Of a stretch of 64,000 bases of DNA, positions 10,393-20,606 are shown piece after piece. Position numbers and translations under genes: made by a program. The stretch is taken from contig OY970192.1 in the NCBI GenBank assembly GCA_963708135.1, positions 1,184,001 through 1,248,000 on the forward strand, written 5' to 3'. Source of the stretch: an uncultured Gemmatimonadales bacterium (GTDB lineage Bacteria > Gemmatimonadota > Gemmatimonadetes > Longimicrobiales > RSA9). Below the pieces are notes generated by a model that saw only the letters and a list, made by a program, of their open reading frames with translations, had not been told where the DNA came from and did not search any database. Positions within the stretch are counted from its first letter, which is position 1, and the number at the start of each line of letters is the position of its first letter.

Positions 10393-12498
10393 ATGCCTGG
10401 CAACGGCGCAGAGGCGGCGGCACTCCGTGCGGCACTGACGGAGAGCGCCCTGTCGCTCGATTCGGTCCTTGAGGTCTTCGAGCATCTGCCGGACGCCGTG
10501 CTGTTGCTGGACGCGGCGGGCCGGGTGGTGTACGCGAACTGGAAGGCGGCGCATCTCTTCGAGCGCTCGGTGACGGAGCTGCTGGGCGCCTCGCTGGCCG
10601 AGCTGGCGGAGGACCCCGGGCCGGCGGCGTGGCTGGCGGACCTCGAGCGGGCGCGCGGGCAGAACGCGAGCGCGCGCCTGCAGGCGTTCGACGCGGCGCA
10701 CAACGCGTGGCTGGAGATCCAGGCGCACCCGGCGGGCCCGCTCACGACGCTCTTCATCCGCGACGTCTCGGACCGCAAGTTCGCGGAGGGGGCGCTGGGG
10801 GACAGCAACCGGTTCGTGTCGGCGATCCTGGGGAGCATCCAGGAGGGGATCGCGGTATTCGACACGGAGCGTCGCTGCACGCACTGGAACGGCTTCATGG
10901 AGGAGCTGACGGGGCTGACGGCGGCGCGGGCGCTCAGCCGCAAGGCGGCGGAGGTGCTGCCGCACGAGCGGCTGCCGCGGCTGCTGGAGAACGCGCTGCG
11001 GGGGGAGACGGCGCGCTCGCCCGACCTGCGCCTGCCGGGCGCCGAGGCGGAGGAGCGCTACGTCGTGGCGCGCTTCGGGCCGCAGCACTCGCCGGCGGGG
11101 GAGATCGTGGGCGCGGTGGGCGTCTTCGACGAGACCACGGACCGGGTGCAGGCGGAGCATCGGCTGCTGCGCTCGGCGCTGCACGATCCGCTGACGCAGC
11201 TGCCGAACCGGGGCTTCTTCGTGGACCGGCTGAAGCGGGCGATCCGGCGGGCGCAGCACGGGCGCTCCTCGTTCGGGGTGCTGTTCCTGGACCTGGACCG
11301 CTTCAAGGTGGTGAACGACAGCCTGGGTCACCTGGCGGGGGACGAGCTGCTGGTGCAGACGGCGCGGCGGCTGGAGCGCTGCGTGCGGCCGGGCGACACG
11401 GTGGCGCGCCTGGGCGGCGACGAGTTCGCGATGCTGCTCTACGGCCTCGAGCGGGAGGAGGAGGCGACGGGGGTGGCGCAGCGGGTCCAGGAGGAGCTGG
11501 CGGCGCCGTTCGAGCTGCTCGGCCGGCCGGTGACGACGGCGGCGAGCATCGGCATCGCGCTGAGCGATCACGGCTACATGCAGCCGGAGGACATGCTGCG
11601 CGACGCCGACCTGGCCATGTACCGCGCCAAGGAGCACGGCAAGGGGCGCTGCGAGGTGTTCGGCCAGGAGATGCACCTGCACGCGCTGGACCTGCTGCAG
11701 CTCGAGACCGACCTGCGCCAGGCGCTGGAGGGGGACCAGTTCGTGCTCGAGTACCAGCCGATCGTGGCGCTCAAGGGCGGGGACATGGTGGGCCTCGAGG
11801 CGCTGCTGCGCTGGAACCACCCGGAGCGCGGCTGGCTCGCGCCGGGCAAGTTCATCTCGGTGGCGGAGGAGACCGGACTGATCCTGCCGATCGGCGCGTG
11901 GGTGCTCCAGCGCGCGTGCGAGCAGCTGCGCGAGTGGGGGGAGCAGATCCCCTCCGCCGTGAGCCTGCTGGTGCACGTGAACCTGTCCGGCCGGCAGTTC
12001 ACGCACAGCGAGGGGATCGCGCAGGTCATGCGCGTGCTGCGCGAGGCCGGGCCGATCGGCTCGCAGATCTGCCTCGAGATCACCGAGAGCATCATCCTCG
12101 AGGGCGCCGACGCCCTCGCCCGCGACCTGGCCGACCTGCGCGACATGGGCGCCCGCCTCTCCATCGACGACTTCGGCACCGGCTACTCCTCGCTCAGCTA
12201 CCTGCACCGCTTCCCCTTCGACACGCTGAAGATCGACCGCTCCTTCATCAGCCCGACGCACGGGTCGAGCAACCTCGAGATCGTGCGCGCCATCACGCAC
12301 CTGGCCCACAACCTGGGCATGGAGGTGGTGGCGGAGGGGATCGAGTCCGAGGACCAGTACCTGGCGCTGCGCGAGCTCGGCTGCGAGATGGGGCAGGGCT
12401 ACTTCTTCTCGCGGCCGCTCGACGTCGCGGCCACCACGGCGCTCGTGCGCGAGCGCGACACCCAGGCCGTGGCCCACTGGGAGGAGCGCACCGCGTGA
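10393..12498 (+). CDS. PAS-PAS-GGDEF-EAL diguanylate cyclase/phosphodiesterase
   Basis: HDPLTQLPNR, RPGD I-site, GGDEF, EALLRW, DDFGTGYSS. Confidence 0.93.
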   Translation: MPGNGAEAAALRAALTESALSLDSVLEVFEHLPDAVLLLDAAGRVVYANWKAAHLFERSVTELLGASLAELAEDPGPAAWLADLERARGQNASARLQAFDAAHNAWLEIQAHPAGPLTTLFIRDVSDRKFAEGALGDSNRFVSAILGSIQEGIAVFDTERRCTHWNGFMEELTGLTAARALSRKAAEVLPHERLPRLLENALRGETARSPDLRLPGAEAEERYVVARFGPQHSPAGEIVGAVGVFDETTDRVQAEHRLLRSALHDPLTQLPNRGFFVDRLKRAIRRAQHGRSSFGVLFLDLDRFKVVNDSLGHLAGDELLVQTARRLERCVRPGDTVARLGGDEFAMLLYGLEREEEATGVAQRVQEELAAPFELLGRPVTTAASIGIALSDHGYMQPEDMLRDADLAMYRAKEHGKGRCEVFGQEMHLHALDLLQLETDLRQALEGDQFVLEYQPIVALKGGDMVGLEALLRWNHPERGWLAPGKFISVAEETGLILPIGAWVLQRACEQLREWGEQIPSAVSLLVHVNLSGRQFTHSEGIAQVMRVLREAGPIGSQICLEITESIILEGADALARDLADLRDMGARLSIDDFGTGYSSLSYLHRFPFDTLKIDRSFISPTHGSSNLEIVRAITHLAHNLGMEVVAEGIESEDQYLALRELGCEMGQGYFFSRPLDVAATTALVRERDTQAVAHWEERTA

Positions 12499-14261
12499 GC
12501 GGCGGCCCGCGCGCGGCGCGGGAGGAGCTGGACTACCGCTCGCTCTTCCTCGACGCTCCCGAGCCGATCTTCGTGCTGGACGCCTCCGGCACGGTGGTGG
12601 GGGCGAACCGCGCGCTGCTCGAGCTGCTGGACCGCCCGCGCGCCGAAGTCGTGGGCCGGCACGCGCGCGCGTGCCTGGTGGACCCCGAGGACTGGGCGGC
12701 GTGCGTGCGCCGGCTCGATGTCCGGCGCGGCGCGCGCGGCATCGAGGTCCGGCTCCAGCGGCGGGACGGCGCGGTCGTGGACTGCCTGCTCTCGGTGGCG
12801 GCCGTGGACGGCGCGGGCCGCCGATCTCCCGCGCTCTGGCAGGGCATGCTCGTGGACATCGGCGCACGCAAGCGGGCCGAGCAGAGCGTGCTCGACGCGG
12901 CGCTCTTCGACGCGCTCACGGGGCTGCCCAACCGCGCCCGCTTCATGGACCGGCTGGAGCAGGCGGTGCGGCGCATGCGGCGGCGGCCGGAGGAGAACTT
13001 CGCGCTGCTCTTCATCGACCTGGACCGCTTCAAGGTCGTGAACGACAGCCTCGGCCACCTGGTGGGCGACGAGCTGCTCGCGCGCATCGCGCGCCGGCTG
13101 GAGGCGTGCATCCGGACGGTGGACATGGTGGCCCGCATGGGCGGCGACGAGTTCGCGATCCTGCTCGACGGGGTGGACGGGCTCATGGACGCGACGCGCG
13201 TGGCCGGCCGCATCGAGGAGCAGCTCGGCTCCCCCTTCGAGCTGGCCGGGCGCGAGGTCTTCGCCAGCGCCAGCATCGGCATCACGCTCGGCCGCGCCGG
13301 CTACCGCCGGCCGGACGAGGCGCTGCGCGACGCCGACATCGCCATGTACCAGGCCAAGGCGGGCGGCCGCCCCTACGAGATCTTCGACGAGGGGATGTAC
13401 GCGCAGGTGGTCGAGCGGCTCCAGCTCGAGACCGACCTGCGCCGCGCCGCCGACCGCCACGAGTTCATCGTCCACTACCAGCCGATCGTCTCCATCCAGT
13501 CCGGCCACCTGCTCGGCTTCGAGGCGCTGCTGCGCTGGGAGCACCCGGAGCGCGGGCTGCTGCTGCCGGACGCCTTCCTCGGCGTGGCCGAGGAGATGGG
13601 CCTGGTCGTCCCGATCGGCTGGCGCCTGCTCGACGACGCCTGCCGCCAGCTGCGCCGCTGGCAGGACCGCTACCCCGCCGTGCCCGCCCTCGCCATGAGC
13701 GTCAACATGTCCGCCCGCCAGCTCTTCCAGCCCGACTTCGTCGAGCGCGTCGTGGGCGCCGTGCGCCGCAGCGGCGTCGCCGAGGGCAGCCTCTACATCG
13801 AGATCACCGAGAACGAGATCACCGGCAACGTCGACAGCGCCGCCCAGACCCTCGGCCGCCTCAAGGCCGCCGGCATCCGCCTCTCCATCGACGACTTCGG
13901 CACCGGCTACAGCTCCCTCAGCTACCTGCACCGCCTCCCCTTCGACGTGCTCAAGATCGACCGCTCCTTCGTCAGCGCCATCGACGGCGGCAGCGGCCCG
14001 CCCGAGCTCGTCTGGTCGATCGTCGCCCTCGCCCACAACCTCGGCATGCGCGTCGTCGGCGAGGGCATCGAGACCGCCGAGCAGCTCGATGAGCTGCGCG
14101 CGCTGCGCTGCGAGTACGGCCAGGGCTTCTTCTTCTCCGGCGCCGTGGACGGCGACGCCGCCGCCGCCTTCATCGCGGCCGGCCTGCCCGCCGCCGCTGC
14201 GCCCCCGTCCCCCGTGCCACGCGGGGCGGACGGGGCATTTGCCGCCCCCGCCAACAATTGA
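12495..14261 (+). CDS. PAS-GGDEF-EAL diguanylate cyclase/phosphodiesterase
   Basis: GTG at 12495 overlaps upstream TGA; DALTGLPNR, RTVD, GGDEF, EALLRW, DDFGTGYSS. Confidence 0.92.
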   Translation: MSGGPRAAREELDYRSLFLDAPEPIFVLDASGTVVGANRALLELLDRPRAEVVGRHARACLVDPEDWAACVRRLDVRRGARGIEVRLQRRDGAVVDCLLSVAAVDGAGRRSPALWQGMLVDIGARKRAEQSVLDAALFDALTGLPNRARFMDRLEQAVRRMRRRPEENFALLFIDLDRFKVVNDSLGHLVGDELLARIARRLEACIRTVDMVARMGGDEFAILLDGVDGLMDATRVAGRIEEQLGSPFELAGREVFASASIGITLGRAGYRRPDEALRDADIAMYQAKAGGRPYEIFDEGMYAQVVERLQLETDLRRAADRHEFIVHYQPIVSIQSGHLLGFEALLRWEHPERGLLLPDAFLGVAEEMGLVVPIGWRLLDDACRQLRRWQDRYPAVPALAMSVNMSARQLFQPDFVERVVGAVRRSGVAEGSLYIEITENEITGNVDSAAQTLGRLKAAGIRLSIDDFGTGYSSLSYLHRLPFDVLKIDRSFVSAIDGGSGPPELVWSIVALAHNLGMRVVGEGIETAEQLDELRALRCEYGQGFFFSGAVDGDAAAAFIAAGLPAAAAPPSPVPRGADGAFAAPANN

Positions 14262-14462
14262 CTGAACGGCCGCGCGCATCTATACTTGGCGCACTGTAGG
14301 ACACTGGGGGCATGCGCCGGACAATCAGCGGCGCGCTCGATGCCTCGTTCCGCTCGAATATCCAGGTTGGTCCGCCAGGCCGGCGGGATCCGGCCGACCA
14401 CCGCTGCCGACGGCGTGCCGTGCGCGTGCGCCCCTTCCGCGCAAGCCGTTGCGGAGAGTTCC

Positions 14463-16307
14463 ATGTCGCTCAGGACCAAGATCCTCCTCCTTTTCGGCGC
14501 GCTCGCGGTCGTCCCGATGGTCGCCATCGGGGTGGCCGACTACTACCAGTCCCTCTACGCCCTCGGCGCCGTCATCGAGACCAAGGCGCAGGCCACCTCC
14601 GAGGCCCGCGCCCGCACCATCCTCGACCGCCACGCCCAGGCCGAGCTCGCCGTCACGGAGCTCGCCGCCGCCCGCCCGCTCCGGCTCCTCTTCCGCGGCC
14701 CCCGACCCGCTCCCGGCGCCTGGCGCGACGCCATCCTCGGCCAGCTCGCCGCCATGGATCCGTCCGCCTCCGGCCTCTTCGCCTCCTTCGAGGTGCTCGA
14801 CGCCGGCGGCCGCCGCATCGCCCTCGTCCAGGACAGCGCCGGCCGCGCCGCCGGCGACGGCGGGGGCTGCTCCGCTCCGCTCCGCTCCGCCGCCTTCGAG
14901 CGCCCCGTCATCAGCGCCGACGGCTGGACCGTCGGCCGGCTGCGCGCCGTGCCGCGCGCGGACGGCCTCTTCCCGGCCGCCATCATCGGCGACCGCTTCG
15001 GCGCCACGGGGATGGACCTCGTGGTGGACCGCAGGGACGGCCGCATCGTCTACTCGGATCCGTGCGAGCTGGTCGCGCGCTCCTTCCCCGCCGTCGTGCA
15101 CGTGGACGGCGCGCGCTGGAGAGCGGTGCTGGTGGGCGGCTCCGCCACCTTCCGGGTGCGCCGCGACAGCATCGAGTACGTCGTCGCCGCGGCGCCCGTG
15201 CCGCGCGCGGACTGGCTCTACCTCACCATGGTCCCGCTGCGCGAGTTCACCTCGCCCTACGCCAAGGCGCGCTCCCTCTGGCTGCTGCTCGTGGTCGGCG
15301 TGGGCGCCGCCGCGGGCCTCGCCTTCCTCGTCCTCAGCCGCCGCCCGCTGCTCGCGCTGCGGCGCCTGTCGGGCGCGGCCGACGCCATCGGCCGCGGCGA
15401 GTTCTCGCTCTGGCTGCCGCCCGGCGGCGGCGACGACGAGGTCGGCCGCCTCTCGCAGGCGTTCGTGCGCATGACGGCGCGCCTCAAGGACCTGATGCGC
15501 CAGGTCGAGTTCGGCCGGCAGCTCCGCGTGGTCGGCCAGATGGGCGCCTACGTGGCGCACGAGATCCGCAATCCGCTCGGCGCCATCAGCATCCACCTCG
15601 AGAGCCTCGCCCGCGAGGTGGACCGGGGCCGTACGCCCGAGCGCACCGGAACGGTGCTGCACCTGGCCCTCGACGAGATCCGCCGCCTCGAGGACATCGT
15701 CAACAGCTTCCTCGCCCTCGGCCAGACCCAGAGCGGCGAGCGCACCCCCACCGCGCTGCACCGCGTCGTGGAGGCGGCGCTCACCGTGCTGCGCGGGGAG
15801 CTCGGCCGGCGCGGGCTGCACGCGGAGTTCGCCGCGCTGGCGCCGGAGAACACGGTGGTCGCGGACCGCGCGGCGCTCCAGGGCGCGCTCGTCAATTTGC
15901 TGTTGAACGCCGCCGACGCCTCGCCGCCCGGGGGGACCGTCCGCATGTGGACGGAGATCGCCTCCGACCTGGCCGGCGAGCGCGTGCTCCGCCTGCACAT
16001 CGCGGACGAGGGGAGCGGCGTGGCGCCCGAGATGCGCGAGCACATCTTCGAGCCGTTCTTCACGACCAAGCCGCGCGGCAACGGCATCGGCCTGCCGGTG
16101 GCGCGCCAGATCGTCGAGGAGCACGGCGGGCGGCTCTACTGCGAGAGCCCGGCCGAGACGGCGGGCGGGGCGGAGTTCGTGCTGGAGCTGCCGCTGGCCG
16201 CGCCGGCCGCGGCGGGGCGCTCCTTCCCGGGGCTCGAGCGTGCGGCGCACGGCGAGGAGCTCGCGGGCGCGGGATCCTCGAACGCGAACGCGAGGAAGGT
16301 CATGTGA
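14463..16307 (+). CDS. Membrane HAMP-domain sensor histidine kinase
   Basis: Two TMs flanking a periplasmic domain, HAMP, HEIRNPL H-box, [18 protein letters not shown]. Confidence 0.9.
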   Translation: MSLRTKILLLFGALAVVPMVAIGVADYYQSLYALGAVIETKAQATSEARARTILDRHAQAELAVTELAAARPLRLLFRGPRPAPGAWRDAILGQLAAMDPSASGLFASFEVLDAGGRRIALVQDSAGRAAGDGGGCSAPLRSAAFERPVISADGWTVGRLRAVPRADGLFPAAIIGDRFGATGMDLVVDRRDGRIVYSDPCELVARSFPAVVHVDGARWRAVLVGGSATFRVRRDSIEYVVAAAPVPRADWLYLTMVPLREFTSPYAKARSLWLLLVVGVGAAAGLAFLVLSRRPLLALRRLSGAADAIGRGEFSLWLPPGGGDDEVGRLSQAFVRMTARLKDLMRQVEFGRQLRVVGQMGAYVAHEIRNPLGAISIHLESLAREVDRGRTPERTGTVLHLALDEIRRLEDIVNSFLALGQTQSGERTPTALHRVVEAALTVLRGELGRRGLHAEFAALAPENTVVADRAALQGALVNLLLNAADASPPGGTVRMWTEIASDLAGERVLRLHIADEGSGVAPEMREHIFEPFFTTKPRGNGIGLPVARQIVEEHGGRLYCESPAETAGGAEFVLELPLAAPAAAGRSFPGLERAAHGEELAGAGSSNANARKVM

Positions 16308-17728
16308 GCGGACGCATCCTGATCGTCGATGACGATCGCTCCCACCGGACCGCGCTGGAGATGCACCTCTCCGGCAGCTACGAGGTGATGGCGGTCGAGA
16401 GCGCGGAGCGCGCGCTCGGCGTGCTGGCCCGCTTCGAGCCCGACATCGTGCTCACGGACGTGCGCATGGACGGCATGGACGGCTTCGAGCTGCTCGGCAA
16501 GGTGCGCGAGCACCGGCCCGACATGGACGTCATCCTCATGACCGCCTACGACGACCTCCAGGGCGTCATCGACGCCATGAAGGCCGGCGCCTACGACTAC
16601 CTGCTCAAGCCGATGCGCCTCGACGACCTCGACGCGCGCATCCTGCGCTGCTTCCGCGGCCGCGAGGCGAAGCGCAAGACGGCCGCCGCGGAGCCGCTGC
16701 CGCCGCCCAGGAACCTCATGGGCCTGGTCGGCCGCGACCCGCGCATCATCGAGATCTTCAAGACCATCGGCCAGCTCGCGCAGACGCGCGCGCCCGTCCT
16801 CATCCGCGGCGAGACCGGCACCGGCAAGGAGATCATCGCGCGCACCGTGCATGCGAACTCCGTGGCCGCCGACGCGCCCTTCATCGCCGTCAACTGCACG
16901 GCCATCCCGGAGACGCTGCTCGAGTCCGAGCTCTTCGGCCACGTGAAGGGCGCCTTCACGGGCGCGACCGGCGACCGGCGCGGCTGCTTCGAGCTGGCGG
17001 GGGAGGGGACCCTCTTCCTCGACGAGATCGGCGACACCACCCCCGCCTTCCAGGCCAAGCTCCTGCGCGTGCTCCAGGAGAAGGAGTTCTACCCGGTCGG
17101 CAGCGAGCAGCCGCGCCGCACCAGCGCCCGCGTCGTGGCCGCCACGCACCGCCCCGTCGAGCGCCTGGTCGAGGAGCAGCTCTTCCGCGAGGACCTCTAC
17201 TTCCGCCTGCGCGTGGTGGAGATCCGCGTGCCCCCGCTGCGCGAGCGCCGCGGGGACGTCCCCCTCCTCGTGCAGAGCATCCTCGAGCGCGTCAGCCGCG
17301 AGAGCCACGGCCCGATCCCCCAGGTGCCGCCCGCCGTCATGGCCGCGCTCACCGCCTACGACTGGCCCGGCAACATCCGCGAGCTGGAGAACGCCCTCAC
17401 GCGCGCCTCCATCCTCGCCCAGGGCGGCGTCATGCGCCTCGAGGACCTCGAGCTCGGCCACCCCGGCGGCGACGCCGAGCCGGAGCAGCGCCCCGCCTCC
17501 GGCGCCGCGCCCGAGCCCGCCGCCGCCGCCCCCTACGCCGGCGACGAGGCCGACGCCGTCTTCACCATGGTCGGCGCCGATGCCACCCTCGACGACATCC
17601 AGCGCGAGCACGTCGCGCGCGTGCTCAGCCGCCTCGGCGGCAACAAGTCCGTGGCCGCCAAGCTGCTCGGCATCTCGCGCCCCCGCCTCAACCGGCTGCT
17701 CGAGCGTTTCGGGCTGGAAGGGGAGTAG
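16304..17728 (+). CDS. Sigma54-dependent response regulator (NtrC family; REC-AAA-Fis HTH)
   Basis: GTG overlaps kinase stop; ILIVDDD, GETGTGKE, GAFTGA, WPGNIREL, C-terminal HTH. Confidence 0.93.
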   Translation: MSGRILIVDDDRSHRTALEMHLSGSYEVMAVESAERALGVLARFEPDIVLTDVRMDGMDGFELLGKVREHRPDMDVILMTAYDDLQGVIDAMKAGAYDYLLKPMRLDDLDARILRCFRGREAKRKTAAAEPLPPPRNLMGLVGRDPRIIEIFKTIGQLAQTRAPVLIRGETGTGKEIIARTVHANSVAADAPFIAVNCTAIPETLLESELFGHVKGAFTGATGDRRGCFELAGEGTLFLDEIGDTTPAFQAKLLRVLQEKEFYPVGSEQPRRTSARVVAATHRPVERLVEEQLFREDLYFRLRVVEIRVPPLRERRGDVPLLVQSILERVSRESHGPIPQVPPAVMAALTAYDWPGNIRELENALTRASILAQGGVMRLEDLELGHPGGDAEPEQRPASGAAPEPAAAAPYAGDEADAVFTMVGADATLDDIQREHVARVLSRLGGNKSVAAKLLGISRPRLNRLLERFGLEGE

Positions 17729-17731
17729 TCC

Positions 17732-19813
17732 TCAGCCATCGCTTTCCGCGGCCGGCTCGCCCGTGGGCGGGCGCCGGCGTGCCGCGCGCGAGGCCGCGCG
17801 CGGCGCCGGCTGGAAGAGCAGCCACAGCCCGGCGCCGAGCGAGAGGAGCGCCGGCGGCAGCAGGTAGAGCCGCGGCGCGCCGCCGGGCGCCAGCAGGAAC
17901 GCGGCGACGCCGGGCCGCGCGGCAAGCAGGAGCAGCGCGGCGTTGTTCAGCAGGTGCATGAGCGAGCTGGTGAAGATCGAGCGCGTGCGCCAGACCACCG
18001 TGGCCAGCAGCAGGCCGACCCAGGCCGTGGGCAGGAAGCGGAACACCGTCTCGTAGGAGAGGTGGAAGGCGCCGAAGAGCAGCGCGTTCAGCAGCAAGGC
18101 CGTGACGGCCAGGCGGAAGCGGCGGCTGCCCGACAGCAGGATCCCGCGGAACACGACCTCCTCGCAGATGGCCGGCGTGACGGCGGTGGCGAGCAGCATG
18201 AGCAGCAGCTCGCGCCCGGACGTGGCGGTGAGCAACCCGGCCATCCCGCGCAGCAGCCCTTCCGGCAGCGCGATCACCAGCTTCTGCGCCCACGCCAGGT
18301 ACCAGCCGAGCGGCAGCCCGCCCGCCATCACGAGGAGGCCGGCGAGGAGCTCGCGCGGTGCGGGCCGGCGCAGCGCCAGCGTCGCCTTCGGGTCGTAGCC
18401 GCCCAGGAACACGAACGCCAGCGCCGGCAGGAACAGGAGCAGCCACTCCGCCAGCATGGTTCCGCGCAGGGCCGCCGCGGCCGAGGGGCCGGAGACGAAC
18501 GTGCGCCCCACGTAGAAGTAGAGCGCCGCCACGAGCGCCACGAACGCCACCGCCTCGCCGGCGCGCGGCAGCCGCCCGCCGTGCGCGCCGAACGAGCCGA
18601 GGAGCGCCCCTAGCCGGCGCGGCGAGGCGCGGTGCTCGTCCGAGCCGAACAGCACCTCCTCGCTGCCGAACCCGCGCGCCGCGAAGAGCAGCGCCAGCAC
18701 GGCATAGAGCGTGGTGGTGGCCACCGCGATCACGGCCAGCCCGGGGTCCGCCTGCCCCGCCAGCAGCTCCCGGATCAGCAGCGCGATTCCCGCCACGGGC
18801 ACCGCGGCGAGCGCCGGCGTCATGGCGATCCCGGGGATCCCCGGCAGCATCGCGGGCAGCACGGCCAGCGTGTAGATCGGCGTGAGCACGTTCTGCGCTT
18901 CCTTGAGGGAGCGCGCGCGTGTGGCCAGGCCGAGGAACACGCCGGCGAAGAGGATCGCCACGGGCGCGAGCGTCGCCAGGATCAGCGCCGTCGTCTGCCA
19001 GTCGAGCACGCCGCCGAAGCCGCCCTGGCCCGCGATCCCGGCCAGCCCCGCGTTCAGCGTCAGGTAGATGCTGCCCACGTTCAGCACCGCCGCGAAGATC
19101 CCCATGATCGCCACCGTGGCGAACTTGCCGGCCACGATCTGCCACGCGGGCACGGGCGCCGTGACGAGCGCCTCCAGCGTGCCGCGCTCCTTCTCCCCGG
19201 CGGCCAGGTCGATGGCGGGGTAGAACGTCCCCAGCATGGTGACGAGCACGAGCAGCACCGGCAGGAATCGCCCGAGCGTGAAGCCCGCCGCCTCGAGCGG
19301 CTTCGCCACCGACTCGCTGGTCCGCTCCACCGGCCGGGCCAGCCCCGGCGGGAGCCCGCGCGCCTCCAGGCGCTGGCGCACCAGCGCCGCGCCGTAGTCG
19401 TCGAGCGCCTTGCGGACCTTGCCGAGCGCGAGCTCCGAGGCGCCGCTCCGCTCGTCGTAGAAGAGCTTCACTCTCAGCGTGAGCCCGCTGTCCGCCGGCT
19501 CCGCGCGCACGAGCAGGTCGACCGTGCCCCGCCGCACGGCCGCCTCGCTCATCCCCGGCGGCGCGTCCACCACGCGCACGTGGTCGAGCCCGCGCACGCT
19601 CGCGCCCAGCTCCGCCGGCAGCGCGCCCTGCACCGCCACCGTCGTCGTCCGCGACGCCATGTCCGCCGCGCCCACGAACAGCACCTGCTCCACCAGCACG
19701 AACATCGCCGGATAGAGCAGGATCGGGATCCCGACCATCACGAAGATCGTGCGCCGGTCCCGGACCGTCTCCCGGACCTCCTTCTTCAGGATCGCCCACC
19801 ACGCGCGGCTCAT
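17732..19813 (-). CDS. natB: NatB-like ABC transporter permease fused to CPBP (CAAX/Abi) metalloprotease domain
   Basis: KKEVRETVRDRRT, AGEKERGTLEAL, EEVVFRG, FGAFH, HLLNN motifs. Confidence 0.82.
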   Translation of the reverse strand: MSRAWWAILKKEVRETVRDRRTIFVMVGIPILLYPAMFVLVEQVLFVGAADMASRTTTVAVQGALPAELGASVRGLDHVRVVDAPPGMSEAAVRRGTVDLLVRAEPADSGLTLRVKLFYDERSGASELALGKVRKALDDYGAALVRQRLEARGLPPGLARPVERTSESVAKPLEAAGFTLGRFLPVLLVLVTMLGTFYPAIDLAAGEKERGTLEALVTAPVPAWQIVAGKFATVAIMGIFAAVLNVGSIYLTLNAGLAGIAGQGGFGGVLDWQTTALILATLAPVAILFAGVFLGLATRARSLKEAQNVLTPIYTLAVLPAMLPGIPGIAMTPALAAVPVAGIALLIRELLAGQADPGLAVIAVATTTLYAVLALLFAARGFGSEEVLFGSDEHRASPRRLGALLGSFGAHGGRLPRAGEAVAFVALVAALYFYVGRTFVSGPSAAAALRGTMLAEWLLLFLPALAFVFLGGYDPKATLALRRPAPRELLAGLLVMAGGLPLGWYLAWAQKLVIALPEGLLRGMAGLLTATSGRELLLMLLATAVTPAICEEVVFRGILLSGSRRFRLAVTALLLNALLFGAFHLSYETVFRFLPTAWVGLLLATVVWRTRSIFTSSLMHLLNNAALLLLAARPGVAAFLLAPGGAPRLYLLPPALLSLGAGLWLLFQPAPRAASRAARRRPPTGEPAAESDG

Positions 19814-20592
19814 GCGCGCGCCCCGGCGGTGGTGTGCCGGGTGATCAGGCGCAGGAACGCCCGGGCGAGGTTCGGTTGCTCGGTCTCCTCGAGCAGCGTC
19901 TCCAGGCTGCCCTCCGCCACCAGCCGCCCCTCCACGAGAATGCCGAGCCGCTCCGCCAGCAGCTCGGCACTCTCCATCTGGTGCGTCGAGAACAGCACCG
20001 CCTTCCCGCGCGCCTGCTCCTCGTAGATGAACGCGTGGATGCTCTCCGCGCTCACCACGTCCAGACCGTTCGTCGGCTCGTCCAGCACCACCACCGCAGG
20101 ATCGTGGATCACCGCCCGCGCGATCGCCACCCGCTGCCGCTGCCCCGTTGACAGCCGCCCGCAGTAGCGGCCCGCGAACTCCGTGATCCCGAAGCGCGCC
20201 ACCAGCTCGTCCACCCGCTCCGAGAGCCGTGCCCCGCCCAGCCCGTGCAGCTCGCCGAACAGCCGCAGAAACTCCACCGGCGTGTGCCGCTCGTAGAGCC
20301 CCATCGACGCCGACAGGAAGCCGATCCGCCGCCGCGCCTCCAGCGGCCGCTCCGCCACGTCCAGCCCCGCCACCCGCACCGTGCCCGCGCTCGGCGCCAG
20401 CAGTGTCGCCGCGCAGCGCAGCGCCGTCGTCTTCCCCGCGCCGTTCGGCCCCAGCAGCCCGTAGATCTCCCCCGACCGCACGGTCAGCGTGAGATCCCGG
20501 ACGGCCTCGGTTTCGCCGTACGATTTGCTGAGGTGATCGAACTCGATCAAGGCCGCTCCCGGGAGGCTCGCTCCTCCTGCTCTCAGCGACAT
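19810..20592 (-). CDS. natA: NatA-like ABC transporter ATP-binding protein (start may be TTG at 20550)
   Basis: GPNGAGKT, LSTGQRQR, LDEPT, STH. Confidence 0.85.
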   Translation of the reverse strand: MSLRAGGASLPGAALIEFDHLSKSYGETEAVRDLTLTVRSGEIYGLLGPNGAGKTTALRCAATLLAPSAGTVRVAGLDVAERPLEARRRIGFLSASMGLYERHTPVEFLRLFGELHGLGGARLSERVDELVARFGITEFAGRYCGRLSTGQRQRVAIARAVIHDPAVVVLDEPTNGLDVVSAESIHAFIYEEQARGKAVLFSTHQMESAELLAERLGILVEGRLVAEGSLETLLEETEQPNLARAFLRLITRHTTAGARA

Positions 20593-20606
20593 GAAGGGCG
20601 TCCCGG